64,000 bases of DNA from an uncultured Rhodospirillaceae bacterium (GCA_964557415.1 CAZLBB010000002.1:25645-89644); one strand, 5' to 3'. Counted from the first letter of the stretch, positions 19,375 through 29,444 are shown. Notes: generated from the letters alone by a model not told the origin. Program-made: numbers and translations.

Positions 19375-20431
19375 CAGCCGGGACAAACATCACGCGACCG
19401 CATCGCCGCAAGTCGAGTGCGATGATGTCTGGAAGGTCTTCGGTCGATCCACGTCGGCCGTGATCGATGCTCTGCGTCACGGCGTTTCGAAACAGGACGT
19501 GCGGGCCAGATACGATAGCGTCGTCGCCGTCGCCGGCGTTTCGCTCCGGATTCCGCGAGGCGAGATGCTCTGTGTCATGGGCCTGTCAGGTAGCGGAAAA
19601 TCGACCCTCCTGCGCATGATCAACCGCCTAATCGACCCAACCAGCGGGGCGGTGCGCATCGACGGTGAGGACATTGCGCGGCTCGATAGCGCCGCGCTGC
19701 GCCGCCTGCGATCACAGAAGATCGGCATGGTGTTCCAGCACATGGCGCTGTGGCCACACCGGACGATTCGCGACAACGTCGCCTACAGCCTGGAGGTTCG
19801 CGGCGTCTCGAAGAATGTCCGATATGAGGCTGCCAGTCGCGCGCTCGCTGAGGTCATGTTGTCCGGCTGGGAGAACCAGTATCCCGATGAGCTGTCAGGC
19901 GGGATGCAACAGCGCGTGGGCCTAGCGCGGGCCTTGGTCGGGGACCCGGACATTCTCCTCATGGACGAACCGTTCAGCGCCCTGGACCCGATCATTCGCA
20001 GCGAGCTGCAGGATCAGTTCGCCGCCTTCTCGGCCAAAGTCCGCAAGACGACGATCTTCATCACGCACGACCTCGAGGAAGCAATCAAGCTCGGGCATCG
20101 CGTGGCTATCATGAACGAGGGAAGGATCGAGCAGATCGGCACGCCCGTCGAGATTCTGGCCAACCCAAGCAACGACTATGTGGCGCGCTTCGTTCGAGGC
20201 ATCTCGCAGCTGCGCCAGCTGCGGGCCAGTCGCATGATCGATCGTAACGCCGCGATACCTGGCCCGCAGCCAGACGGAGAGCAACACTGTATCGACCCCG
20301 ATGCCGATTTGAAGACGGTTCTCGGACGTCTCGCGGACGACGGCTACGTCCTCGTCAAGGCAACAGGGCATGTGCTCGGCTGCATCACCATGCATTCAGC
20401 CATCAATTCGATCCGTCACTGTCTCGGTTAG
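19364..20431 (+). CDS. proV: Glycine betaine/proline ABC transporter ATP-binding protein
   Basis: MGLSGSGKST, LSGGMQQRVGLARAL, LMDEPFSALDP, ITHDLEEA. Confidence 0.88.
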   Translation: MSVDSRDKHHATASPQVECDDVWKVFGRSTSAVIDALRHGVSKQDVRARYDSVVAVAGVSLRIPRGEMLCVMGLSGSGKSTLLRMINRLIDPTSGAVRIDGEDIARLDSAALRRLRSQKIGMVFQHMALWPHRTIRDNVAYSLEVRGVSKNVRYEAASRALAEVMLSGWENQYPDELSGGMQQRVGLARALVGDPDILLMDEPFSALDPIIRSELQDQFAAFSAKVRKTTIFITHDLEEAIKLGHRVAIMNEGRIEQIGTPVEILANPSNDYVARFVRGISQLRQLRASRMIDRNAAIPGPQPDGEQHCIDPDADLKTVLGRLADDGYVLVKATGHVLGCITMHSAINSIRHCLG

Positions 20432-20462
20432 CAACCGGGATAATATATTCAAGCAGGCTCCC

Positions 20463-21449
20463 ATGAACTGGCATTGGCTTCTCGACCCGTTCTCCTTGAT
20501 ACAAGTCCCTCTCGGAGACTGGGCGCAGTCCCTCCTCGACTGGCTCGTGCAGAACCACCGCGAATTCTTCCAGTTGCTGAAGCAGCCGGTCCAATTTCTC
20601 CTGAACGCGTTCGAATCCGGCCTGCGAGCGGTTCCTCCGCTGGTCATGCTGCTCGTAATCTTCGGCGTCGCTTGGCAGGCGGGTGGACGGCGGGTCGGCA
20701 TCACCGCCCTTTCCTGCATTGTCGCGATCGGCCTGATCGGCGCCTGGACGAACGCGATGACGACCCTGGCGATCGTCCTGACTGCTGTCAGTCTCTGCGT
20801 TCTGATCGGAGTCCCGCTGGGGATCGTCGCATCGCAGAGCGATCGCTTCGAGCGCGTACTTCGGCCAATCCTCGATCTGATGCAGACGGTCCCGTCATTC
20901 GTCTACCTGGTGCCGGTGGTGATGCTCTTCGGTATCGGCAACGTGCCTGGCGTGATCGTGACGGTGTTCTATGCGATGCCGCCAGTGATCCGACTGACGT
21001 CCTTGGGCATAAGGCAGGTCCGCAGCGACTTGGTCGAGGCATCGGTCGCGTTCGGTGCCAGCCGTTCACAGTCGCTATTCGGCGTCCAGATCCCGCTGGC
21101 GATGCCGGTTATCATGGCCGGAGTGAACCAGACGGTCATGATGTCGCTGGCAATGACGGTCGTTGCCTCGATGATCTCCGTCACCGGACTTGGCCAGATG
21201 GTGCTGCGTGGCATCGGCCGGCTGGACATGTCGCTGGCGACTACCGGCGGGCTTGGCATCGTGCTTATGGCAGTCATGATCGACAGAATCTCGCAAGGCC
21301 TTGGACGATCGCGCCGAGAGCGCGGCGGACTGGCATGGTACCGGACCGGACCGGTGGGTCTGCTGGTGGCCTGCTGCCGTCGGCCGCGGCAGTTGGAGCA
21401 GTCACGGCTGCTCGAACCGACCGAGGGACGGAAGCCAGACTTACGCTAA
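20463..21449 (+). CDS. proW: Glycine betaine/proline ABC transporter permease
   Basis: LDLMQTVPSFVYLVP, EASVAFGA, GVNQTVMMSLAM; start uncertain. Confidence 0.88.
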   Translation: MNWHWLLDPFSLIQVPLGDWAQSLLDWLVQNHREFFQLLKQPVQFLLNAFESGLRAVPPLVMLLVIFGVAWQAGGRRVGITALSCIVAIGLIGAWTNAMTTLAIVLTAVSLCVLIGVPLGIVASQSDRFERVLRPILDLMQTVPSFVYLVPVVMLFGIGNVPGVIVTVFYAMPPVIRLTSLGIRQVRSDLVEASVAFGASRSQSLFGVQIPLAMPVIMAGVNQTVMMSLAMTVVASMISVTGLGQMVLRGIGRLDMSLATTGGLGIVLMAVMIDRISQGLGRSRRERGGLAWYRTGPVGLLVACCRRPRQLEQSRLLEPTEGRKPDLR

Positions 21450-21514
21450 CCGTAATCCTTTTCGACGTTCACTCGCGGCCAGGATTCGGGGACGATCGTC
21501 AGAGGTCGCAATGT

Positions 21515-21533
21515 CGGGCGAGACTCTCGCCCG
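21515..21533. other. Intergenic palindrome before proX (possible mRNA-stabilising hairpin)
   Basis: CGGGCGAGA-C-TCTCGCCCG. Confidence 0.45.
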
Positions 21534-21554
21534 CGCGATCGAGGGGGAGTATCG

Positions 21555-22565
21555 ATGACGCAGCATTCCAAGCGGTCGGCGTTCCTGGCGGGACTGATCG
21601 GAGTCGCAATGCTGGCATGCGCGCCAGCGGCGGAAGCTGCCGGTCCAGGCGAGGGAAAGACGATCCAGCCGATCTCGACCGGCAGGGCGGATCATTATTT
21701 CCAGCACTTCGTCGTGCAGATCGGGCTCGAACGCCTCGGTTACAAGGTGAAGCCACACCTGGAAGCGCAGTTCCCCGCGATGCATGTCGCAATTGGTCAG
21801 GGCGATGCTGACTACACCGCGGTTCATTGGGAAAAGCTGCACATCAAGTTCTACGAGAACGCTGGCGGCGAGAAGGCAATGCAGCGCGTCGGCGTCCTGA
21901 TCCCGGGTGTGTTGCAGGGGTACCTGATCGACAAGGTCACCGCGGACAAGCACAAGATCAGCAATCTCGGCCAGCTCAAGGATCCGGCTGTTGCGAAGCT
22001 TTTCGACTCAGCCGGCGACGGCAAGGCCCATCTGACGGGATGCAACCCCGGCTGGGGTTGCGAGCGCGTCATCGAGCATCAACTCGACGCCTACGGGCTG
22101 CGAGCGACGATAAAGCACGAGCAGGGTGAATACTTCGCGCTGATCGCCGACACGATCACGCGATACAAGGCCGGCAAGCCGATTTTCTACTACACTTGGA
22201 CGCCGCTGTGGGTCAGCTCGGTCTTGAAACCTGGGATCGATACGGTCTGGCTGGACGTTCCGTTCACCTCGCTGCCGGCGGAACAGGCCGGTGCGGAAAC
22301 CAAGCTGCCCGACGGCAGGAACCCGGGCTTCGTTCCTGATGCGATACGCGTGATGGCAAACAACAAGTTCCTGGCGGCTAATCCGGCCGCGAAGAAGTTT
22401 TTCGAGGTGGCGGCCCTGCCGATACAGGATGTCAACGCCGCGATCCTCCGCCAACAACAGGGCGAGAGCAAGGTCGAGCAGATCCGCGTGCATGCCGAGG
22501 AATGGGTTCGCGCAAACGAAGACACCTTCAAGAAGTGGGTCGCGGAGGCGACGACGGCGAAGTAG
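21555..22565 (+). CDS. proX: Glycine betaine/proline betaine-binding periplasmic protein
   Basis: Signal peptide; GCNPGWGC motif; three Trp positions of the ProX cation-pi box appear kept (HWEK, PGWG, YTWTP). Confidence 0.88.
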   Translation: MTQHSKRSAFLAGLIGVAMLACAPAAEAAGPGEGKTIQPISTGRADHYFQHFVVQIGLERLGYKVKPHLEAQFPAMHVAIGQGDADYTAVHWEKLHIKFYENAGGEKAMQRVGVLIPGVLQGYLIDKVTADKHKISNLGQLKDPAVAKLFDSAGDGKAHLTGCNPGWGCERVIEHQLDAYGLRATIKHEQGEYFALIADTITRYKAGKPIFYYTWTPLWVSSVLKPGIDTVWLDVPFTSLPAEQAGAETKLPDGRNPGFVPDAIRVMANNKFLAANPAAKKFFEVAALPIQDVNAAILRQQQGESKVEQIRVHAEEWVRANEDTFKKWVAEATTAK

Positions 22566-22792
22566 TGGGGACCGAGTTCATCATCTTTCGTGAGCGAGCC
22601 TCCTCCGGGTTTGTGCGTCTATTTGCTTCCCGTCCTTCCTCTCGTGAGGAGAGGGATAGCAAAGAAAGCGCCCGGATCTCAGGCCAAACCATCCATAGTG
22701 TTTCAGATTGACACGTTCTGCTTGTCGCATGGGAGCAAATCGCGGTATCCGGAGGAGTAATCGTCCCGATGAATACGGAGTGCCGTCGCCTC

Positions 22793-22923
22793 ACTCACGC
22801 CGCAAGCTGCTTCAGCTCCCCCAGCAGCGTCGCCAGGCCCTTGAGGCGCGTCGGCGCCTCTTCCCAGTCGCGCTGGAAGACCACGCGCTGGTCGGGGCGG
22901 ATCTTGGTCGTCGTGGCGTTGCG
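22793..22923 (-). repeat. 131-bp repeat forming the current mfd 3' end (att-like right junction)
   Basis: Identical to 16553-16683. Confidence 0.95.
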
Positions 22924-25900
22924 CGAGATGTAGCGCACGAGCTTCTCGGGCCGGGCGAACTTGTTGTCGCGGAAGGCGATCACGGCTCCCTTCGGACCCG
23001 CCTCGACCTTCTCCACGCCGGCGTCGCGGCACAGGCGCTTGATGGCGATGATCTCGAGCAGGTTCTCGACCTCCTGCGGCAGCTTGCCGAAGCGGTCGAT
23101 CAGTTCGGCGGCGAAGGCGTCGATCTCCTGCCGGTCGACCAGCAGCGCGATGCGGCGGTAGAGCGCCAGGCGCACGTCGAGGTCGGGCACGTAGCCCTCG
23201 GGGATCAGCACCGGCGTGCCGAGCGCGATCTGCGGCGTCCATCCGGCCGCCGGCACCCGCGCCGCCGCGCCCTTGGCCTCGGCCACCGCTTCCTCCAGCA
23301 TCTGCTGGTAGAGTTCGATGCCGACCTCGCGGATATGGCCTGACTGCTCCTCGCCCAGCAGGTTGCCGGCGCCGCGGATGTCGAGGTCGTGGCTCGCCAG
23401 CGTAAAGCCGGCGCCGAGCGTGTCGAGCGTCTGCATGACCTCGAGCCGGCGCGTCGCCGCCGGGGTCGGCGCCTTCTCGCCCGGCAGCGTCAGGTAGGCG
23501 TAGGCGCGGATCTTGCCGCGGCCGACGCGGCCGCGCAGCTGGTAGAGCTGCGACAGGCCGAACATGTCGGCGCGGTGCACGATGATCGTGTTGGCGGTCG
23601 GGATGTCGAGGCCGGACTCGATGATGTTGGTCGACAGCAGCACCTCGTAGGCGCCGTCGTAGAATCCCTCCATCGCCTTCTCGAGCTCGCGCCCGCCCAT
23701 CTGCCCGTGCGCGACAGCGACCTTCACCTCGGGCACCAGGCGCCGGAGGCGCTCCTCGACCTTGGGCAGGTCCTCGATGCGCGGGCAGACGTAGAACACC
23801 TGCCCACCGCGATGCTGCTCGCGCAGGATCGCCTCGCGGACCACCACCGGGTCGTAGGGCAGCACGAAGGTGCGCACGGCCAGGCGGTCGACCGGAGGAG
23901 TAGCGATCAGGCTCATTTCGCGCACGCCCGACAGCGCGAGCTGCAGCGTGCGCGGGATCGGCGTCGCGGTCAGCGTCAGCACGTGCACGTCGGCGCGCAG
24001 CTGCTTCAGGCGTTCCTTCTGCTTGACGCCGAAATGCTGCTCCTCGTCGACGATCAGGAGGCCAAGGTTCTTGAACGCGATGCCCTTGCCGAGCAGTGCG
24101 TGTGTGCCGATGACGATGTCGATCCTGCCGTCGGCCAGCTCCGACTTGATGCGGCTCGCCTCCTTCGCCGCGACCAGGCGCGACAGCTGCGCCAGGCGCA
24201 CCGGCAGGCCGGCGAATCGCTGCGCGAAGGCGCGATAGTGCTGGCGTGCCAGCAATGTGGTCGGCACCACCACGGCCACCTGCGTGCCCGACATGGCGGC
24301 GATGAAGGCGGCGCGCAACGCCACCTCGGTCTTGCCGAAGCCCACGTCGCCGCAGATCAGCCGGTCCATCGGCTTGCCCGACGTCAGGTCCGACAGCGTG
24401 TCGCCGATCGCGCGCTCCTGGTCCTCGGTCTCGGCCCAAGGGAAACGGGCGCAGAACTCCTGGTACATGCCGTCGGGCGGCTCCAGCACCTCGCCTTCGC
24501 GCACCTGCCGCTCGGCGGCGATGCGGATCAGCTCGTCCGCCATGTCCTTCAGGCGCTGCTTGACCCGCGCGCGGCGCGCCTGCCAGGCAGCGCCGCCCAG
24601 CCGGTCGAGCACCGCGCCCGACTCGGCCGAGCCGTAGCGCGACAGCACCTCGAGGTTCTCCACCGGCACGAACAGCTTGTCGCCGCCGGCATAGAGCACG
24701 CGCAGGCAGTCATGCGGCGCGCCGGCCACCTCCAAAGCGACCAGCCCGTCGTACTGGCCGATGCCGTGGTCGACATGGACGACGAAGTCGCCTTCGCTGA
24801 GCGCCGACAGCTCACCGATGATGCGGTCGGCGCGCTTCTTGCGCCGCGACGGCCGCGCCAGCCGTTCGCCCAGGATGTCCTGCTCGCCGATCACCGCCAG
24901 GCCGGGTGCCGCGAAGCCGTGCTCGATCGGCAGCACGGCCAGCGCCGTCGTGCCCGGGGGCAGCGCCTCGGCCTCGGGCCAGGCCTCGACCGATTTCTGT
25001 GCCGCGAGCCCGTGGCTGCGCAGCAGCGTGCCCAGGCGCTCGCGCGCGCCCAGCGTGTAGGCGGCGACCACCGTCCGCCGCCCTGCCGCGATCTCGGCGG
25101 CGATGTGCTCGCGCACCGTGTCGAGCAGCCGCCCGTCCGGCCGCGCGCGCGCCTCGGCGAAGTCGCGGCCAAGTCTGCCGCCGGCGTCGATTCCCGCGCC
25201 TTCCGGTGGCACGAACGGCGCCAACTCGAACACCGCACGCGCGCCGAGCGCTGCCGCCAGTTCGCCGCTGCTCAGGTACAGGCTGTCGGGCGGCAGCGGG
25301 CGGTAGACCGGTGCGCCCTCCGCCGCGCCGGGCGCGGCGGCGATCTCGCGCCGCTGGCGATAGAACTCGGCGATCTGGTTCTGCCGCTCGGCCGCGGCGT
25401 CGGCCACGCCGTGGTCCAGGCTCAGCGGCGCTCGCGGCAGGTAGTCGAACAGCGTCTCGAGCGTCTCGGCGAACAGCGGCAGCCAGTGCTCCATGCCGGC
25501 GTGCCAGTGCCCGGCGGTGACGGCGGCGTAGAGCGGGTCGTCGGACGCGTTGGTGCCGAAGGCAGCGCGGTAGCCGGTGCGGAAGCGATGGATCGACGCC
25601 TGGTCCAGCATCACCTCGCTGACCGGCTGCAGGCGAAATGCCTCGCGCCGTTCGCCCGAGCGCTGCGTCATCGGGTCGAAGGCGCGCACGCCCTCCAGCA
25701 CGTCGCCGAACAGGTCGAGGCGCAGCGGCTCGTCCGTGCCCGGCGGGAAGACGTCGACGATGCCGCCACGCTGGGCGTATTCGCCGGCCTCGCGCACCGT
25801 GCCGGCGCGGCGATAGCCGTTGCGCGCCAGGAACGCGAACATCGCCTCCGCATCGAGCTTCTCGCCCGCGCGCACGGCGAACACCGCACCCTCGAAGCTC

Positions 25901-26277
25901 GCGCGCGCCGGCACGCGCTGCAAGAGGGCATTGACCGTGGTCAGGACCGCGCAGGGCCCCGATGGCTGCGCGGCGCGTTCGCTTGCCGCCAAATCGCCCA
26001 GCGCCGCGATCCGCCGGCTGACCACCTCGCCGTTCGGCGAGACCCGGTCGTAGGGCAGGCAGTCCCAGGCCGGCAGCGAGACGACCTTGAGGCCTGGCGC
26101 GAAGAAGGCCAGCCCCTGCTCCAGCTTGGCGAGGCGGGCATCGTCGCGCGCGACGTGCAGGACGGGCGCGCCACGCCGCAGCGCCAGCGCCGCCAGCACC
26201 ATCGCGTCGAAGCCTTCGGGCACGCCACCGATCGTTTCCCGTCCGGCGGCGAGATCGATGTTATCCAGGAAATTCAA
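22795..26277 (-). CDS. mfd: Transcription-repair coupling factor
   Basis: 1160 aa; CarD-like domain, CGDVGFGKTEVA, DEEQHFG, TATPIPRT, QLRGRVGR, C-terminal TRCF domain; TTG start. Confidence 0.97.
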   Translation of the reverse strand: MNFLDNIDLAAGRETIGGVPEGFDAMVLAALALRRGAPVLHVARDDARLAKLEQGLAFFAPGLKVVSLPAWDCLPYDRVSPNGEVVSRRIAALGDLAASERAAQPSGPCAVLTTVNALLQRVPARASFEGAVFAVRAGEKLDAEAMFAFLARNGYRRAGTVREAGEYAQRGGIVDVFPPGTDEPLRLDLFGDVLEGVRAFDPMTQRSGERREAFRLQPVSEVMLDQASIHRFRTGYRAAFGTNASDDPLYAAVTAGHWHAGMEHWLPLFAETLETLFDYLPRAPLSLDHGVADAAAERQNQIAEFYRQRREIAAAPGAAEGAPVYRPLPPDSLYLSSGELAAALGARAVFELAPFVPPEGAGIDAGGRLGRDFAEARARPDGRLLDTVREHIAAEIAAGRRTVVAAYTLGARERLGTLLRSHGLAAQKSVEAWPEAEALPPGTTALAVLPIEHGFAAPGLAVIGEQDILGERLARPSRRKKRADRIIGELSALSEGDFVVHVDHGIGQYDGLVALEVAGAPHDCLRVLYAGGDKLFVPVENLEVLSRYGSAESGAVLDRLGGAAWQARRARVKQRLKDMADELIRIAAERQVREGEVLEPPDGMYQEFCARFPWAETEDQERAIGDTLSDLTSGKPMDRLICGDVGFGKTEVALRAAFIAAMSGTQVAVVVPTTLLARQHYRAFAQRFAGLPVRLAQLSRLVAAKEASRIKSELADGRIDIVIGTHALLGKGIAFKNLGLLIVDEEQHFGVKQKERLKQLRADVHVLTLTATPIPRTLQLALSGVREMSLIATPPVDRLAVRTFVLPYDPVVVREAILREQHRGGQVFYVCPRIEDLPKVEERLRRLVPEVKVAVAHGQMGGRELEKAMEGFYDGAYEVLLSTNIIESGLDIPTANTIIVHRADMFGLSQLYQLRGRVGRGKIRAYAYLTLPGEKAPTPAATRRLEVMQTLDTLGAGFTLASHDLDIRGAGNLLGEEQSGHIREVGIELYQQMLEEAVAEAKGAAARVPAAGWTPQIALGTPVLIPEGYVPDLDVRLALYRRIALLVDRQEIDAFAAELIDRFGKLPQEVENLLEIIAIKRLCRDAGVEKVEAGPKGAVIAFRDNKFARPEKLVRYISRNATTTKIRPDQRVVFQRDWEEAPTRLKGLATLLGELKQLAA

Positions 26278-26546
26278 ACGCGTACTGTCTTGTTGCTGAA
26301 GTTCTGCAGCAACATCACCATGTTGTCGTGGGCCGGCGGCGGCGCCTGCCGGCCGGTGACCCAGTCATAGATATCCGGGTCGCTCTCGGTCAACAGTGCC
26401 TCGAAGCGGTCGAGTTCGGTCGGCCCGAACGCCGGGACGTGCACGTCGGCGAAGCGCCCGAGCAGCAGGTCGGCCTCGCGCGTGCCGCGATGCCAGGCGC
26501 GGAACATCAGGCGGCGGCGGCGCGTGTCGGGATCGGTTGTGGGCAT
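26274..26546 (-). CDS. sdhE: Succinate dehydrogenase flavinylation factor (SdhE/Sdh5)
   Basis: RRLMFRAWHRGTREADLLLGRFAD motif; usual position upstream of mfd. Confidence 0.9.
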   Translation of the reverse strand: MPTTDPDTRRRRLMFRAWHRGTREADLLLGRFADVHVPAFGPTELDRFEALLTESDPDIYDWVTGRQAPPPAHDNMVMLLQNFSNKTVRV

Positions 26547-26691
26547 TGAGGGCCTTGGACAACGCTTCGGGCACGATCTTGGCGGCCGTCCCCGCTTCCG
26601 CCGACGGCCAGGACGCGGTGACCGCGCAATTCGCGGCATTCCCCCTTAGGATGGCAAGACCCGCGGCAACTTTCCAACCCGTCCTGCTCCC

Positions 26692-28773
26692 GTGCGTCCC
26701 ACGATCCTGTTTCCCCTGTTCGCCGACGTCTCGGCGCTACCCGGCATCGGGCCGCGCAATGCCAGGCTGTGCGAGAAGCTGGCGGGGCCGCACGTGGTCG
26801 ATCTGCTGTGGCACTTGCCGACGGGACTGATCGACCGCCGCTTCGCGCCCAAGGTGATGGAGGCGCCCGAGGGCGCGGTCTGCACGCTGACCTTGCGCAT
26901 CCACAAGCACGAGCCGCCGAGCGCGCCGCGGCGCCCGTACAAGATCACGGCGTCGGACGACAGCGGCTTCATCAGCCTGGTGTTCTTCCACGCCCATACC
27001 GACTGGCTGCGCCGCGCCCTGCCGGAGGGCGAGATACGGGTCGTCAGCGGCCGGATCGAACGCTTCGCCGGGCGGCCGCAGATGACCCATCCCGACCATA
27101 TCGGCACGCTGGAGGAACTCGCGACGCTGCAGGCGGTGGAGCCGGTCTACCCGATGACCACGGGGCTGACGCCGAAGGTCCTGCGCAAGGCCGTCCGCGC
27201 CGCGCTCGAGCGCACGCCCGAGCTGCCGGAGTGGCAGGACGCGGCCCTGCTGCAACGGCGGTCCTGGCCGCCGTTCCGCGCCGCGCTGCGGGCCGCGCAT
27301 GCGCCGGAAACCGATGCCGACCTGCTGCCCACGGCGCCGGCGCGCCAGCGCCTTGCCTATGACGAGCTGCTGGCCAACCAGCTCGCTCTCATGGTCATCC
27401 GCGCGCGCCAGCGCAAGCAGGCCGGCCGCAGCCTCGCGGGCGACGGGCGCCTGCGCCAGGCGCTGCTCCGCGCCCTGCCCTTCCGCCTGACCGGGGCGCA
27501 GTCGCGCAGCATTGCCGAGATCGAGGCCGAGATGGCGGCGCCCACGCGGATGCTGCGGCTGCTGCAGGGCGACGTCGGCAGCGGCAAGACCGTGGTCGCC
27601 CTGTTCGCGATGCTCGACGCCATCGAGTGCGGCACCCAGGCGGCGCTGATGGCGCCGACCGAGATCCTGGCGCGCCAGCACCACGCCACGATCGCCCCGC
27701 TGGCGGAGCGCATCGGCCTCGGCGTCACGCTGCTGACCGGGCGCGAGAAGGGGCGCGCGCGCGACGCGGTTCTGACCGGCCTCGCCGACGGATCGACCCA
27801 GGCGGTCGTCGGCACGCATGCGCTGTTCCAGGAAGACGTGGCGTTCAAGGACCTCGGCCTCGCCGTGATCGACGAGCAGCACCGTTTCGGCGTGCACCAG
27901 CGCCTGGCGCTGGCCGGCAAGGGGCAAGGCACCGACGTGCTGGTGATGACAGCGACGCCGATCCCGCGCACCCTGGCGCTCACAGTCTACGGCGACATGG
28001 AGTCGTCGCGGCTCGACGAGAAGCCGCCGGGCCGCAAGCCGATCGCGACGCGCACCGTGCCGCTGGAGCGGCTGGACGAGGTGATCGACGCCGTGGCGCG
28101 CGCGCTCGCGGGCGACGCCAAGGTCTATTGGGTCTGCCCGCTAGTCGAGGAATCCGAAGTCAGCGACCTGGCGGCGGCGACCGAGCGCCACGCGCTGCTC
28201 GCCGAGCGGTTCGGATCTCGCGTCGGCCTGGTGCACGGCAAGATGAAGGGCGCCGACAAGGACGCGGTGATGCAAGGCTTCGCCCAAGGAGGCGTCGACC
28301 TGCTGGTCGCCACCACGGTGATCGAGGTCGGCGTCGACGTGCCCGCCGCGACCGTGATGGTGATCGAGCATGCCGAGCGCTTCGGCCTGGCGCAGATGCA
28401 CCAGCTGCGCGGCCGCATCGGGCGCGGCGACAAGCCCTCGTCCTGCCTGCTGCTCTACGCCAAGCCGCTGGGCGCGGCGGCGAAGGCGCGGCTTGCGATC
28501 ATGCGCGAGACCGAGGACGGGTTCCGCATCGCCGAGGAGGACCTGCGCCTGCGCGGCGCCGGCGAGCTGCTCGGCACGCGCCAGAGCGGCATGCCCGAGT
28601 TCCGCCTGGCCGACGTCGCCGCCCACGGCGACCTGCTGGCGGTCGCGCGCGACGATGCCAGGCTGGTCATGGAACGCGACGCCGCGCTCGGCAGCCCCCG
28701 CGGCCAGGCGCTGCGCGTGCTGCTCTACCTGTTCGAGCGCGACGCGGCGATCCGCTTGCTGCAGTCGGGATAG
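26692..28773 (+). CDS. recG: ATP-dependent DNA helicase RecG
   Basis: QGDVGSGKT, DEQHRFG, TATPIPRT, QLRGRIGRG, LGTRQSG. Confidence 0.97.
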   Translation: MRPTILFPLFADVSALPGIGPRNARLCEKLAGPHVVDLLWHLPTGLIDRRFAPKVMEAPEGAVCTLTLRIHKHEPPSAPRRPYKITASDDSGFISLVFFHAHTDWLRRALPEGEIRVVSGRIERFAGRPQMTHPDHIGTLEELATLQAVEPVYPMTTGLTPKVLRKAVRAALERTPELPEWQDAALLQRRSWPPFRAALRAAHAPETDADLLPTAPARQRLAYDELLANQLALMVIRARQRKQAGRSLAGDGRLRQALLRALPFRLTGAQSRSIAEIEAEMAAPTRMLRLLQGDVGSGKTVVALFAMLDAIECGTQAALMAPTEILARQHHATIAPLAERIGLGVTLLTGREKGRARDAVLTGLADGSTQAVVGTHALFQEDVAFKDLGLAVIDEQHRFGVHQRLALAGKGQGTDVLVMTATPIPRTLALTVYGDMESSRLDEKPPGRKPIATRTVPLERLDEVIDAVARALAGDAKVYWVCPLVEESEVSDLAAATERHALLAERFGSRVGLVHGKMKGADKDAVMQGFAQGGVDLLVATTVIEVGVDVPAATVMVIEHAERFGLAQMHQLRGRIGRGDKPSSCLLLYAKPLGAAAKARLAIMRETEDGFRIAEEDLRLRGAGELLGTRQSGMPEFRLADVAAHGDLLAVARDDARLVMERDAALGSPRGQALRVLLYLFERDAAIRLLQSG

Positions 28774-28845
28774 CGGTTTTCCCCGCTCGCCTCGCGGGCC
28801 CGGACCGGCTATCAAGTCGTGCATCGGCAATGCACAAGGACCCTC

Positions 28846-29424
28846 ATGGACCTCGCGCAGATCTTCGAGCTGATCCGGGAGCACGGCGACGTCGCCTATG
28901 CGTTCGTGTTCGCCCATGCGCTTTCGAACAGCCTGCTGGCGCTCCTGTTCGCCGGCTACGCCGCGCATGTGGGCGCTTTCGACCTCGCGACCGCGATCCC
29001 GGTGTGCTGGGCCGGCGGCTTCGCAGGCGACACCGTGCGGTTCTGGATCGCGCGGCGCTGGGGGCACAGGCTCGCCCGGCATTTCCCGCGCGTTCGGAAC
29101 GCCGTGAACGCGATCGTCAAGCTGATCGACCGGCACCACGCCTGGATGATCCTGGTGCACCGCTATCCGCACGGCATCCGCGGCATCGCAGGATTCGCCT
29201 TCGGCGTGTCGGCCGTGCCTTGGCCGCGATTCCTGGCGCTTAATGTCGTCTCGGCTGGCATCTGGTCCGGTGCGGTGGTCATGGCCGGCTACGGCTTCGG
29301 CCACGTGTCGGAGAAGGCGCTGGGCGATGCCGCTTCGGGCGCCAGCTTCGTCATGCTGGTGGCGTTCCTGGCCCTCGCCTGGCTGCTGTCGAAACGGCTC
29401 GAGCGCGCGATCGCGCAAGGCTAG
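28846..29424 (+). CDS. DedA family membrane protein
   Basis: GGFAGDTVRFWIARRWG; GFAFGVSAVPWPRFLALNVVSAGIW. Confidence 0.8.
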   Translation: MDLAQIFELIREHGDVAYAFVFAHALSNSLLALLFAGYAAHVGAFDLATAIPVCWAGGFAGDTVRFWIARRWGHRLARHFPRVRNAVNAIVKLIDRHHAWMILVHRYPHGIRGIAGFAFGVSAVPWPRFLALNVVSAGIWSGAVVMAGYGFGHVSEKALGDAASGASFVMLVAFLALAWLLSKRLERAIAQG

Positions 29425-29444
29425 GCGGCACGCCCCGGCGCCGA

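Larger units (their letters stand above)
16553..22923. mobile_element. Integrase-less genomic island inserted at the mfd 3' end (LysR-mttB-proVWX)
   Basis: Flanking 131-bp direct repeats; lower GC (spot counts 31/60 at 17101-17160 and 36/60 at 19801-19860 versus 48/60 at 25021-25080); no recombinase ORF. Confidence 0.75.

Noticed and set aside
22708-22790. TTGACA plus GGAGGAG and ATG at the island right end, as an outward promoter or split gene
   Set aside because: No -10 at proper spacing; the frame is short both as integrated and in the modelled excised circle.
22528-22794. 88-aa minus-strand ORF right after the mfd stop, as an integrase remnant
   Set aside because: No tyrosine- or serine-recombinase motif was recognisable in the frames I translated.
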